Shown: positions 1-10,421 of the stretch, piece after piece
Layout of the letters: the number at the start of each line of letters is the position of its first letter
Position numbering within the stretch: the stretch's first letter is position 1
Virus record (IMG/VR): IMGVR_UViG_3300047409_000248
Location: 1 to 64,000 of that record
Strand: one strand, 5' to 3'
DNA: 64,000 bases
Source: a virus
Position numbers and translations under genes: made by a program
Notes under the pieces: model-generated
Seen by the model: the letters and a program-made list of their open reading frames with translations, nothing else
What the model was told of the DNA's origin: nothing
The model's database searches: none

Positions 1-1524
1 GACTGGTCCAAGCTCAACCAGCCTCTGGGCTCCATCAAAGGTACAGCCCCGGAAGATACTCCAGTCGCGTTCAAAACTCCAAACCTTAACATCACTGAAG
101 GAGATATCGACCGAAGCATGAATGTTGGGATGGGTTCTGGTCCCGGTATTATGGTCGGCAAATACGGCGCTTTGGCACTTCGTAACCAAGCCCATGAAGC
201 TGGCCAAGCCATGAAGCCTCATCCTGTCTATGCGGCTGAAGATGTTGCGGCGACCAAGAACTTGCGCCCTGAGATGAGAGATGCCGTGATGAACTGGCGT
301 CAGGATGCTCGGGATGCTGCTGGCCAGCAGGCTTTGGAGGCTCGATCTCCTACGACTTCAGATCGCGATATCTGGAGCGCTACTGGCTGGCATCGTGGGG
401 CTGAAGGCGCTGCCAAGAAGGAAATCCCGGATATTGGCGCTAAATTAGTTCCTGTCCCCGGAGATAAAACAGGAAATGCTTTCAGGCTGGAGCATCCGGC
501 TGGGGATTTGCATAAAGTATATGATATTCCTCCGATCCAGTTTGACCCCCTGATGAAACATGGCACAGCTTATGCTGAACCTGAGACAAGGCAGATTGTT
601 ATTGGCGGATCAGACGTAAAAGGCGCCACTTCTACAGCGCTGCATGAAATCCAGCATCTTATTCAACACGCTGAAGGCTTTGGTTCTGGCTCCAATCCAA
701 GGGCGGCGGCTCTTATTGGGCCCATGGAAAGCGAATTATTTCCCGGTCATGTGCCTTCTTGGTGGCAAGGCAAGGATGCCAGAGGTACCGGAAAAGGTCC
801 TGATGAGCTTTATGCTAAAATGGCGCCTCACAAAGGCGCGTCATTCAATATCTATGAACGCGCTGCTGGCGAGGTGGAAAGCCGTAACGTTCAAGATAGG
901 CGAACAAAGAGTTTCAGATATCAATCACACCCAGAAGACACAGAAAGCGTGACGCGCGGACTACAATGGGTGCCTGATCGCGAAAGATTAAAGAGGATCA
1001 TCGAAGGAAAGGCAGAAGGTGGAGCTTTGTCAAATCCGCCGTGGTTCGTCCGCAATGAAGCCCGCTCTCCAAGTGGCATGCTGAAGTCTTCCATTCCGGG
1101 CCGTACCGATAAAATCCCGGTCAATGTCTCTGGCGGCTCTTATGTGTTACCGGCAGATATTCCAAGTGCTTTGGGACAGGGTAACACCATGGCTGGTGGC
1201 TCCATTCTGGACAAGATGTTCACACGCGGCCCTTATGGCATGAACGTCATGAAGTCCAAGGCAGGGACATCTACCAAGATGGCCAGAATGTCGTCTCTGA
1301 CCAAGACCAGAAAGTCTGGTTATGCGGAGGGCGGGGAAACTGAAACCGCTCCCACGCCGATTGTTGCAGCAGGCGGCGAATACATATTGTCTCCAGAACA
1401 GGTAGCCCATATCGGCGGCGGCAATATCGATGCTGGCCACAAGATTTTGGATCAGTTCGTCCTTGGCGTGCGTAAGCAGCATATTAATACTCTGAAATCT
1501 CTCAAACCTCCGAAGAAAGATTAA
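1..1524 (+). CDS. Internal virion/polyvalent protein with LPD23/MPTase-like zincin (HExxH) domain, 5'-truncated
   Basis: Frame is open from base 1. Motifs ALHEIQHLIQHAEGF and YERAAGEVESRNVQDR; C-terminal GRTDKIP...GSYVLPAD...AAGGEY domain. Confidence 0.7.
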   Translation, partial: DWSKLNQPLGSIKGTAPEDTPVAFKTPNLNITEGDIDRSMNVGMGSGPGIMVGKYGALALRNQAHEAGQAMKPHPVYAAEDVAATKNLRPEMRDAVMNWRQDARDAAGQQALEARSPTTSDRDIWSATGWHRGAEGAAKKEIPDIGAKLVPVPGDKTGNAFRLEHPAGDLHKVYDIPPIQFDPLMKHGTAYAEPETRQIVIGGSDVKGATSTALHEIQHLIQHAEGFGSGSNPRAAALIGPMESELFPGHVPSWWQGKDARGTGKGPDELYAKMAPHKGASFNIYERAAGEVESRNVQDRRTKSFRYQSHPEDTESVTRGLQWVPDRERLKRIIEGKAEGGALSNPPWFVRNEARSPSGMLKSSIPGRTDKIPVNVSGGSYVLPADIPSALGQGNTMAGGSILDKMFTRGPYGMNVMKSKAGTSTKMARMSSLTKTRKSGYAEGGETETAPTPIVAAGGEYILSPEQVAHIGGGNIDAGHKILDQFVLGVRKQHINTLKSLKPPKKD

Positions 1525-1525
1525 A

Positions 1526-2083
1526 ATGGGGAACGTAGTAAAGGCTTCACCATCAGTTGTCAGAAAGGCTATTGCGGCGGATATTCCTGAAATATGGCGC
1601 CTGTTCCTTATGGGACATCGTGAGAACGGCATCTTCCCGCTATCGCCGCAGAAGGTGGATTACTTTCTAAACCGGGCGATATATCCCGATCAGGTGCTCA
1701 GCAATGATACGGGACCAAGAGGGCAAATTGCAGTTATTGGAAGGCCCGGGAAGCTGGAAGCTATCGTCTTTGTTATTCTGGGAACTTACTGGTATTCGGA
1801 AGAAATTCATCTGGAGGAATTAATCGTCTATGTGGACCCGGAATATAGGGTCTCAGAACACGCCAAGGCTTGTATCCAATGGATGAAGGACACCGCTGAC
1901 AATCTTGATATAAAGCTCGTTACCGGGATTATGTCTACTGAGCGAACTCAGGCTAAAATCCGCCTCTATGAGAGATATCTGCCAAGAGTTGGGGCATTTT
2001 TTGTCTACCCGATGTCTCCCGAAGTTAAACGCCTGAACCACAACATGGAAAAAGAGTCGTGGCTTGCTGCAAAGCGGGCATAA
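1526..2083 (+). CDS. GNAT-fold acetyltransferase-like protein in the virion module
   Basis: VRKA...EELIVYVDPEYR...RLYER pattern; lies between internal virion genes. Confidence 0.6.
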   Translation: MGNVVKASPSVVRKAIAADIPEIWRLFLMGHRENGIFPLSPQKVDYFLNRAIYPDQVLSNDTGPRGQIAVIGRPGKLEAIVFVILGTYWYSEEIHLEELIVYVDPEYRVSEHAKACIQWMKDTADNLDIKLVTGIMSTERTQAKIRLYERYLPRVGAFFVYPMSPEVKRLNHNMEKESWLAAKRA

Positions 2084-2135
2084 ATGTATAAGCCTATTGG
2101 GGAATTAATAGGGAGGGTTTTCTAGGAAACCCAAA

Positions 2136-5100
2136 TTGGGAAGCAAGGGCTCCAACACCACCACTACCAATCAGGCACAGACGTATACGCCGAATGCTCA
2201 GGTTGGTCAGGCTGGTTCCCAAGCCATTAGTATGGCCCAATCGGCTGCTTCCCAGCCGTTTAATTTGCCTGTGGCGCCGGTCGCTGGATTTAATCAGGAT
2301 CAGCAACAGGCTTTCCAGCAATACCGTGATCTTCAGGGCCAAGCCCAGCCTTATTACAATCAAGCTCAGGGCTTGCTGCAATCCAGCGCTAACCCGCTGA
2401 CTGCCAACGATATCAATCAATATTACAATCCTATGGCCTCTAACGTGCTGGCAAACCTGCACGAAAGTCAGGGCCAGCAGATGAACGATGTCACTGGCAA
2501 GCTAACCCAGACAGCGGGAGGCGTCGGCGCTAGCCGTATTGCGGTGGGACAGTCTGAGTTGGCCCGCCAGCAGCAATTGGCAGAAGGCCAGACCCTTTCC
2601 GGGCTCTATCAGAACGCTTTGGGTGCAGCGCAACAGAATAAACAGATGCAGGGGAATGCGGCCTATGGTCTGACTAATCTGGGCACTACGGCCCAAGGAG
2701 CGGCCTTGCAGGGTGCGGGCGCCTTATTTGGTGCTGGCCAAACCCAACAGCAGCAGCAGCAGCAACAGCTTAATGCCCCCTATCAGAACCAGTTAGCCCA
2801 GCTAGCCTACCCATTCCAGACCGCGCAATACCTCGCAGGCATCACGGGCGGTCTCTCAGGAGCTATGGGTGGCACGACTACGGGACAGGGACAGACTACA
2901 ACTCCAGCGCCAAGCCTCTTAAGCCAGCTTATAGGCGGCGGCACAGCCGCTGTAGGCGGTCTCGGAGCCTCTGGAGCGTTCGGAAATAATGGCTGGCTTG
3001 GCAACGCCATGGGCACTAACGAAGCCTATGGTAACGGCAATGGCGAGTATGGTGGTTCCAGTTCCAATCCGTTGCCGACACTTTCTCCCTCTGATTATGG
3101 CGCCGGTTTTGCAGCGGGTGGTGCGGCTGGCTCTCCCTTGGGCAATCCGGATTGGATGGGCGCTGACCCAACCGTTCCTCAGGTGGAAGTGCACTCTCAG
3201 GCCAATCCCGGAGCCCATTTAGACCTCAATCCAAAACCTGCTAGCAGCGGTAGCGGTGGACCCAATCCCATGGATATCGCCAAAATGGCGATGATGTTCA
3301 TTAATCGTGGCGGGCGTATTCCATCACGGGCGGAAGGAGGCGCAGTTAATCCTGCCAATCCGTTCCAGCATTTCGCTGACGGCGGCGAACTTGATTTCAA
3401 TGATCGCTTTGCTGGCACTGATGCATTGCCTGATTTCGGCGATCGTTTCGGCGATGCTTCAGGAATGGCTCAGCCGGATAGAGGTACTGCGCTAGCGCAT
3501 TATCTTCGCAGCCCGGAAGCATCTCAAGTGGCGCCGCAGGAACTGGCGCGTAGTCAGGCTGAATTTGCCAATCCAAATCCGGTAGTTAATCCTAACGATC
3601 CTGTCCGAATGCCAGATCAAGCCTCAGTGCAGGCTTGGCGCAATAGCGTCGATAATCCTGCTGGTGCCAATCTTAAGCAGGCTGTCAGCGATGACCCCGG
3701 TTCGCTTCCGCCCAATGCCAAACCGACCCAAGGCCCGCCTCCTATGGCAGCGCCACAGGCTCAGGCTTCTGATTATGCTGCTATGCGTAATCCGGTACCA
3801 TTCCCGGATATCGGCCCCGAACAGGATCAAAGCCGTCAGTTCTCCAAGTCTCCTTGGCTTGCTCTTATCAATGCTGGCGCTGCGATGATGAGCGGCACAA
3901 GTCCGTTTGCTGGCGTCAACATCGGCAAGGGTCTTCAGGCTGGCGTGAAGACACTGGAGGATCAGCGTAAACAGACCACTGAAGAAGCTGGCGTCAATGA
4001 ACGCGCCAAGCAACTGATCCAAGCCGCTGAATTCCATCTTGATCAGTACAACAAGATGACGCCGAAAGAGCAGGCTGACGTTCTGGATCGCAAGGAACAG
4101 CGCAACATCCAGAAGGAGCAGGCCAATCTCAAGGGCTGGGTGGCGGGTGTGGAAAACCCTGTCTCTGGCGAGAAAAGCTGGATCAAGCCGCAAACTGGTG
4201 AAATACGCATCCTCAAAGCTGATGGCACCATTGTATCCGGCAATATTAATGACCCATCCTCATTCCAGAAAACCACCACGACTGATGGAGTGGATAAGGA
4301 AAGCAAGCTCCCCAAGGCAGAACAACCTCCTCCTCCAATGGGCCAGCCAGAATTGGCCAGCGATCTCAAGCCTCCGGATGGTGCAGTAAATACATCCATG
4401 TACCGCCTGAAATCTGCTGCGTTGACTCAGGCCAATGCGGAAATGAAGGCTGTTACTGCTCTTCAAACTAAAGAAGCCACCAATATGGGGGCTCAAAAGC
4501 TGTTGATTGACAATAGTAAGCAAGCTTTCGGCACCCTGATGAAAGACCGCGATCAGGATGGGTTCCTGACCAAGCTGGCAACGATGCGCGGCAACAATAT
4601 CGAAGAGCGTATCCGTTATGCGCGCTCCCTGAATGAAGGATTGGTAGCTTCCGGGAAACCTCCTGCTGTCAATCCGCAAAAGCTGGCCGCGATGGAAGTC
4701 ATCAGCAAGGACCAGAACACGCTGGGTATGCTGTTCGCGTCTAACTTAAGCTCTCGTGAGGCTTTCGCTGGCCAGCAGGTTGGTATTGCCTCTACCCCCG
4801 GATTGACACAAAGCCCGTTGGGCATGTTGAGACTTATAGCTGGTTATGATGCCCAGCATCAGTACACGACTGATAAACACGCTTTCTTTAATAATTATAT
4901 CCAGAAGTATGGCGTTGCTACTGGCTGGCAGCAGGCTTTCGAGAAGCAAAATCCGCCTGAGCGTTACATCGTTCGCTCCATGATGGAGAACTTGCCCAAT
5001 CGGCGCGCTGCCGAGAAGCTTCCTGAAGCTGTTAAAATCCTCCGTGAGAATAAAACCAACCCTGATGTCGTCAAAGGCTTTAACAAAGAATACGGCAATA

Positions 5101-5150
5101 CGGCCAGCTATTGGCTGACTGGCAAACTTGATCTGCTGGGGGCTCAGTGA
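2136..5150 (+). CDS. Ejection/DNA-transfer internal virion protein
   Basis: 1004 aa. Q/G/A-rich N-terminus (MGSKGSNTTTT...) typical of podoviral pilot proteins; TTG start with upstream GGGAGG. Confidence 0.7.
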   Translation: MGSKGSNTTTTNQAQTYTPNAQVGQAGSQAISMAQSAASQPFNLPVAPVAGFNQDQQQAFQQYRDLQGQAQPYYNQAQGLLQSSANPLTANDINQYYNPMASNVLANLHESQGQQMNDVTGKLTQTAGGVGASRIAVGQSELARQQQLAEGQTLSGLYQNALGAAQQNKQMQGNAAYGLTNLGTTAQGAALQGAGALFGAGQTQQQQQQQQLNAPYQNQLAQLAYPFQTAQYLAGITGGLSGAMGGTTTGQGQTTTPAPSLLSQLIGGGTAAVGGLGASGAFGNNGWLGNAMGTNEAYGNGNGEYGGSSSNPLPTLSPSDYGAGFAAGGAAGSPLGNPDWMGADPTVPQVEVHSQANPGAHLDLNPKPASSGSGGPNPMDIAKMAMMFINRGGRIPSRAEGGAVNPANPFQHFADGGELDFNDRFAGTDALPDFGDRFGDASGMAQPDRGTALAHYLRSPEASQVAPQELARSQAEFANPNPVVNPNDPVRMPDQASVQAWRNSVDNPAGANLKQAVSDDPGSLPPNAKPTQGPPPMAAPQAQASDYAAMRNPVPFPDIGPEQDQSRQFSKSPWLALINAGAAMMSGTSPFAGVNIGKGLQAGVKTLEDQRKQTTEEAGVNERAKQLIQAAEFHLDQYNKMTPKEQADVLDRKEQRNIQKEQANLKGWVAGVENPVSGEKSWIKPQTGEIRILKADGTIVSGNINDPSSFQKTTTTDGVDKESKLPKAEQPPPPMGQPELASDLKPPDGAVNTSMYRLKSAALTQANAEMKAVTALQTKEATNMGAQKLLIDNSKQAFGTLMKDRDQDGFLTKLATMRGNNIEERIRYARSLNEGLVASGKPPAVNPQKLAAMEVISKDQNTLGMLFASNLSSREAFAGQQVGIASTPGLTQSPLGMLRLIAGYDAQHQYTTDKHAFFNNYIQKYGVATGWQQAFEKQNPPERYIVRSMMENLPNRRAAEKLPEAVKILRENKTNPDVVKGFNKEYGNTASYWLTGKLDLLGAQ

Positions 5151-7198
5151 TGGCTGACAACCCCATGGATTTCTTCAATTCCCTGAGTGCTCCTCCAGCG
5201 CCAGAAGCCGCTCCTCCTGCTTCTGGTCTTAAGCGCGTGCAAATCACCAAAGATGATCCTGCCAGCTTCTTTCAGGATATCGCAGAACCAGAAGCGCCCA
5301 AGGGAGATCAATATGGCCAACTGGAAACTATTGGGCGCCATGGTTTCCAAGGTCTCACTATGGGCTTCGGCGATGAGATGCGTGGTCTAGCCAAAGCTGG
5401 CGGGGATGAATATGGCGTTCCTACGCCAACCAATATGATCAAGGGTCTAGCCAAGATGGGCTATGAAAGGCTCTTCAGCGATGAACATCCCGCTGCCGAG
5501 ACTTATAAAAAGACCCGAGATGAGGAGAGAAAGGCTCTGGAGGAGTCGCATACTCAACATCCCATTACTTCTACTCTTTCTGATGTTGCTGGCTCTCTGG
5601 CGGTACCGGGCGGCGAATTACTCCAAGCGGGAAAACTTGGCGCCAGAGCTTTGCGCGGCGCGTTGGTATCGGGTGTTCAGGGTGGCATTCGTGGTGCGGG
5701 CGAAGCACCTGAACTAGAAGACGTTCCCAAGAGCACCGCGATGGGAACAGCCATCGGCGCTACGATAGGCGCTCCAGTAAACGCTCTTTTGGGACCTCGT
5801 GGAGCAAATATAAGCCAGCAGGCCCTGAAGCAGGTAGCTGACAGGTACGGCGTCCAACTACCCTACTACATGGTCTCGGACAGCCCCGTCGTGCAGTTCT
5901 ATGGCAAGGGCATGGATCAACTTCCCTTCGTGGGTGGCGCCATCACCAAGGCGGCTGATCGCGCCAAGGAAGGCGTAAAGAATATCCGTGATAAGATCGT
6001 AGAACAGGGAACCGGCGCGCCGGGCGCTACACCTACTGAAGCCAGAACCTTGGCCTCTCAGGCTGCGGAAGCGGCCCGGGATGCCTTTGTGCAGGATGCT
6101 AAGAAGGTATCTGAGAAAAACTACAATGCCGTAACCAACGCGATGAGCAATCCTAACTTCCGCGCGCCGCCCATGAACATGATGACGGAGATCGCGGATC
6201 AGGCTGCCAAATTGCAGCAATATGGCGGTTCTCCCGGTGGGGTTCTCCAGAAGGCTGTTGATGCCGCTCAGGTTCGTGGTGGCTTGACCTATGAAGCTCT
6301 GAAAAACCTCAGGACTGATCTCTACCGTAACTATCGCACCATGGAGGGGCGGGGAGGGATCGATTACGCCGATTACGTAAAGATCATCGGCTCGATCACC
6401 AAGGACATGGAAAACATCATTCATCAAGCTGGCGGTCCAAAGGCTGTGAAACTCTGGGAAAGCGCCAATGCACAGCACGGCATCGGTAAGGATATCGGAA
6501 AGGAATTGGAGACGGCAATTGGCAAAACGGCAAATGCTGCGGACACTTCTCCAGCGGATACAATCTTCCGCAACCTGAGTTCTGTCAGACCTAATATTGG
6601 TGAGGTTAAGACGCTAAAGAACACCATGAAGCCGCAGGAGTGGGAAAAGGTTCAAGCCGCTGCGGTCGCCAAGATGGGTGCCGATGAGGCCGGTAATTTC
6701 AGCATCCAGAAGTTCATCTCAGCCAACAGCAAAATGGCTGATGCCGGACGTGATGTTCTGTTTGGCAAAGCTGGAACCACGTCCCGGGATGCCTATGATG
6801 CTGTGCTCAAATTGGGTTCTGCGGTACAGAATGTGGAGCGTTTCGCTAATCCATCCAGAACGGCTCCGATGATGCTTGGCGCTGGGGCCGCACTACAGGT
6901 ATGGAATGACTGGGGAGAAGGTAAGTATTTCAAACCAGCCGCTGAGCTTGGTACTGGACTGACACTGGCTGCCATTTTGGCGCGTCCAGCAACCGCCCGC
7001 TCAGCCACAGCCTTCTCCAAGGCAATGGATAAATATCTTGGTACTCCTGCAATGTGGACCGCTGGAAAGGTACCAAGGGCAGTAGAAGTTGCGGCTAGGA
7101 ATTTTGCAATTTCATTAGCTAATTCAACTGGTTCTGATAAAAAGAAGATGATCGACTCGTTTGTGGCGGCTACGCCACTCTGGCTACAGGGGCAATAA
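5147..7198 (+). CDS. Ejection/internal virion protein
   Basis: QGLTMGFGDE motif, A/G-rich helical protein, coupled to the previous gene. Confidence 0.65.
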   Translation: MMADNPMDFFNSLSAPPAPEAAPPASGLKRVQITKDDPASFFQDIAEPEAPKGDQYGQLETIGRHGFQGLTMGFGDEMRGLAKAGGDEYGVPTPTNMIKGLAKMGYERLFSDEHPAAETYKKTRDEERKALEESHTQHPITSTLSDVAGSLAVPGGELLQAGKLGARALRGALVSGVQGGIRGAGEAPELEDVPKSTAMGTAIGATIGAPVNALLGPRGANISQQALKQVADRYGVQLPYYMVSDSPVVQFYGKGMDQLPFVGGAITKAADRAKEGVKNIRDKIVEQGTGAPGATPTEARTLASQAAEAARDAFVQDAKKVSEKNYNAVTNAMSNPNFRAPPMNMMTEIADQAAKLQQYGGSPGGVLQKAVDAAQVRGGLTYEALKNLRTDLYRNYRTMEGRGGIDYADYVKIIGSITKDMENIIHQAGGPKAVKLWESANAQHGIGKDIGKELETAIGKTANAADTSPADTIFRNLSSVRPNIGEVKTLKNTMKPQEWEKVQAAAVAKMGADEAGNFSIQKFISANSKMADAGRDVLFGKAGTTSRDAYDAVLKLGSAVQNVERFANPSRTAPMMLGAGAALQVWNDWGEGKYFKPAAELGTGLTLAAILARPATARSATAFSKAMDKYLGTPAMWTAGKVPRAVEVAARNFAISLANSTGSDKKKMIDSFVAATPLWLQGQ

Positions 7199-8148
7199 TG
7201 GTAGACCCAACAACCACTAATATGGTTCTTGCCCAGCCGCTTCGTGGCTCGGACGTTGGCACATGGGATGTGCCGGTCAATGTGAATATGGGAATTCTAG
7301 ATCAGGCTTTTGGTGGCGTCACCACTCTGGCCCTGTCCAGCGCCTCCATTACACTTGCTGCGTCGCAAGCGCAGAACGCCATCATCAGGCTAACTGGAAA
7401 TCTCACTGCAAACGTATCTATTACCCTTCCGTCTATCTACAAATTCTGGACGATAGACAATCAGCTTGTGAACAGTCCATCCAGTTTCGCCGCCACTCTA
7501 GTCTCGACATCTGGCGCCAGTATTATTGGCCTTCCTCCATCCATTCAGGATGTTTTTTATGATGGTATTAATGTCAATTACCGCAATCTAGGTAATGTCG
7601 GAGAATATTGGGACTATGCCGCTGGAACAATCCCAACTTGGGTTACACTCAGCACCAAGCCGCCGTATTTGAATTGCAATGGTACAGCCTTCAGTTCTGC
7701 TACCTATCCAATTCTTGCAAATCTTCTTGGCACTACTACCCTGCCAGATCAAAGGGGCATGCCACGATACAGCCTGAACCAAGGAACATCTCGATTAAAT
7801 TCATCCAACGCTGGTGTTGATGGTAATACCATATTCGCCACCAAGACTACTGTTACCGTTACGATAGGAACATCCAACTTACCGTCCTATACCCCATCTG
7901 GGTCATTATCATTAGGCTCAGGAACATTGACGGGTACGGCAAACTTTGGTGGGTCTCCGCTTATTAGCGGTGCTGGTAGTGGCGTTGGTGGCGGCGGCGC
8001 ATTTGGCGTTGTCAGTGGGACTAATGTTGCCATATCAGGCAATCCTTCTGGATCGTTCATCGGTAATAATAATGGCGGCGTCAGCAGTCCACTCGCCACT
8101 GTAGCTACAGCGCTTGTTAGCGGCATCACCATGATAAGGGCAGCATAA
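7198..8148 (+). CDS. Tail fibre with collar-like domain
   Basis: YLNCNGTAFSSATYPILANLLGTTTLPDQRG collar motif; S/T/G-rich. Confidence 0.75.
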   Translation: MVDPTTTNMVLAQPLRGSDVGTWDVPVNVNMGILDQAFGGVTTLALSSASITLAASQAQNAIIRLTGNLTANVSITLPSIYKFWTIDNQLVNSPSSFAATLVSTSGASIIGLPPSIQDVFYDGINVNYRNLGNVGEYWDYAAGTIPTWVTLSTKPPYLNCNGTAFSSATYPILANLLGTTTLPDQRGMPRYSLNQGTSRLNSSNAGVDGNTIFATKTTVTVTIGTSNLPSYTPSGSLSLGSGTLTGTANFGGSPLISGAGSGVGGGGAFGVVSGTNVAISGNPSGSFIGNNNGGVSSPLATVATALVSGITMIRAA

Positions 8149-8690
8149 TGGTAGCCAGCAACTTCAAACCATCGTTAGCCGCTGTTCTGAAATCAGAAGG
8201 CGGTAATGACGATGATCCGCAGGACCACGGCGGGCGCACCTCGCGCGGTATTATTCAGCGTGAATATGATGCTTGGCGGAAAGAACACAATCTTCCCGTC
8301 AAGGACGTTTGGACAGCCACCCAGCAGGAAATAGAGACCATCTATCACGACGAATATTGGTGGCCCTATTGCGATCTTCTGCCGGTTGGGGCTGATTATC
8401 TTCTGTTCAATATGAATGTGAATGCTGGCCCATCCCGTGGCGCCAAAATATTGCAGCAGGCGCTGGGAGTTAATGCTGACGGACGTATTGGCCCCGTTAC
8501 CCGGGAAGCTATCCGCAATGCTGATCCTGCCAAGCTGATCCAGCGCTATTCAGACGCAAGCAGGGCTTTCTATCTTGGTCTCCATCAGCCAAGGTTTACC
8601 AATGGGTGGCTCAATAGAGTTAAGTTTGTGCAAGCAACGGCTCTTGGAATGATTAAAACTCAGGTCGCATCACAGGAAATAAAGTCATGA
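8148..8690 (+). CDS. Endolysin, glycoside hydrolase family 108 with PG-binding domain
   Basis: SEGGNDDDPQDHGGRTSRGI catalytic motif, LQQALGVNADGRIGPVT and GWLNRV. Confidence 0.92.
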   Translation: MVASNFKPSLAAVLKSEGGNDDDPQDHGGRTSRGIIQREYDAWRKEHNLPVKDVWTATQQEIETIYHDEYWWPYCDLLPVGADYLLFNMNVNAGPSRGAKILQQALGVNADGRIGPVTREAIRNADPAKLIQRYSDASRAFYLGLHQPRFTNGWLNRVKFVQATALGMIKTQVASQEIKS

Positions 8691-9019
8691 ACCCAGAACA
8701 AGCCAAAGGTACTGTCCGCTGGATTATTACTACCTTTGGACCATTCATTATCCAGAACGGGTGGGCATCAGCATCGACCCTTGAGATGATTGGCGGCATT
8801 ATCGTCACAGTGGCGCCGTGGATATGGTCTCTATTTACTCATACCGAGAAGAACGCGGTTACGGTGGTTGACGCCATCGCTCAAAAACCTGAGTCTTCGG
8901 TCAAGGCCGTTGTAATGGAACCGACGCAGGCAGGCCGCGAAATCGCAGACTCAATCCCGGGCAATACCACTGTGGTAGCCGGAACCCCAGCAGCAACCAG
9001 CATAGCAAAGGCTACGTAA
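8687..9019 (+). CDS. Putative holin
   Basis: Two short hydrophobic segments; overlaps the endolysin stop (ATGA). Confidence 0.6.
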   Translation: MNPEQAKGTVRWIITTFGPFIIQNGWASASTLEMIGGIIVTVAPWIWSLFTHTEKNAVTVVDAIAQKPESSVKAVVMEPTQAGREIADSIPGNTTVVAGTPAATSIAKAT

Positions 9020-9436
9020 ATGCGGAAAATCATCATAGCTCTGACTTTATCGCTAGCTCTCGCTGGCTGCGTCAAAGGTCCGGGTGGGACCAATATCTTC
9101 CTGCCGACCGCTAGTGTCACCAATCCACTTGGGCCGACCAGCCTCTATGATCTCAAGTCAACCTATGCCATCGCACAGGCTGGCGCTGATCTCTATGTCC
9201 AGCGTTACCGCGATGGCTTCCGATGCACCAAGACGAAGCTGGAAAGCGTATCCAATCTTTGCTCCCGGCGTTCCATTGTCATAAAGATGCAGAATGCTGA
9301 TCGCTCGGCTGGAATTGCCATTGGCAAGGTGGAAGTCTTTATCCGAGATAATCCGACGATTGACGCAAGTTCGTTGCTGTCAGCCGCGCAGTCTGCCGTA
9401 ACAGCCTTTTACCAAATCCAGCAAGGAAACCCATAA
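9020..9436 (+). CDS. Lipoprotein (lysis cassette, possibly spanin-like)
   Basis: Signal peptide with LAGC lipobox. Confidence 0.65.
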   Translation: MRKIIIALTLSLALAGCVKGPGGTNIFLPTASVTNPLGPTSLYDLKSTYAIAQAGADLYVQRYRDGFRCTKTKLESVSNLCSRRSIVIKMQNADRSAGIAIGKVEVFIRDNPTIDASSLLSAAQSAVTAFYQIQQGNP

Positions 9437-9675
9437 TGGAAACCGCAGCAATCATCGCGATCATCGAACAGGTGATCGGCGCCGCAGTAACGCTAGCTCC
9501 TAATGCCATCAAGCTGGAACAGGTCATTGAACCCCTTGCAAAGGGGATTTGGGATCATCTGGTCAACAAGAAGGTCATCACTCAAGCAGATATCGATGCC
9601 CTGAATGCCACTATTGCGGCGACATCGGCTCGTATCCAAGCTCCGCTTCCGCCAGCGCAAGATGATGACGTGTAA
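9436..9675 (+). CDS. Hypothetical amphipathic protein
   Basis: TAATG-coupled to the lipoprotein gene; AAGGA SD. Confidence 0.55.
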   Translation: METAAIIAIIEQVIGAAVTLAPNAIKLEQVIEPLAKGIWDHLVNKKVITQADIDALNATIAATSARIQAPLPPAQDDDV

Positions 9676-9700
9676 AGGTTGATATAAGTGGCAGAAAAAA

Positions 9701-10114
9701 GTGAAACTCGATCATTACCTTGAAGGGAGGCTCTATGAGTGGTCAGTGACCATCTCAATGATCCTTCTTTCGGTCGAGTCCTTTTTCTGGCCGCAAACCC
9801 TACAATTCTCAGCATTCTCTGGCTTGATGCAGGTTATGACGGGACCATTCGTCACTGCATTCATGGCGGGCGTAGGTATTATCCGCGCCGCCGCATTGCT
9901 TCTTAATGGTCATGCCATTAAGGGCAAGAAGGTGGGACCGCTACTTCGTAGCGTCATGGCTGTTGTATGCGCTACAATGTGGGTTCAGTTCTCCTTCGCC
10001 CTATTTGAATTATCCATCAATCAAGGTAGACCTTCCCCGGGCTTGCCGTTCTGGACCGTATTCGTTTTCAGCGAACTATATGTAGCATATAGGGCGGTCA
10101 GGAAAAATGATTGA
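9701..10114 (+). CDS. Four-TM membrane protein
   Basis: Four hydrophobic segments. Confidence 0.6.
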   Translation: MKLDHYLEGRLYEWSVTISMILLSVESFFWPQTLQFSAFSGLMQVMTGPFVTAFMAGVGIIRAAALLLNGHAIKGKKVGPLLRSVMAVVCATMWVQFSFALFELSINQGRPSPGLPFWTVFVFSELYVAYRAVRKND

Positions 10115-10421
10115 CGAAGTAGGAAAAGCACTTGGCCCTTGGCCGATACTTCAATTCGTCTTCGGTCTAGCCGTTCTTTGCTTCGGTGCCATTGCGATAT
10201 TCAAGGGCCTGAGTAGCGAGAAAAAGAGTGACGCCATGGAGGACAAGAGAATTGAATGGGAGGCCATGGAGCGGCTTCGCTCGATAGATGAGAACACACA
10301 AAAGATCGCTGATAACCAAAGGGCTATGCTGGAGAATGTTCGTGGAGCTACGGACCAGATCAGGGGCTTGACGGAACAGATGAAAGCTCTGGCCGCAGCC
10401 ATTTGGAACAGGGGCGTATAA
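10107..10421 (+). CDS. Membrane-anchored coiled-coil protein
   Basis: N-terminal TM, then heptad pattern. Confidence 0.6.
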   Translation: MIDEVGKALGPWPILQFVFGLAVLCFGAIAIFKGLSSEKKSDAMEDKRIEWEAMERLRSIDENTQKIADNQRAMLENVRGATDQIRGLTEQMKALAAAIWNRGV

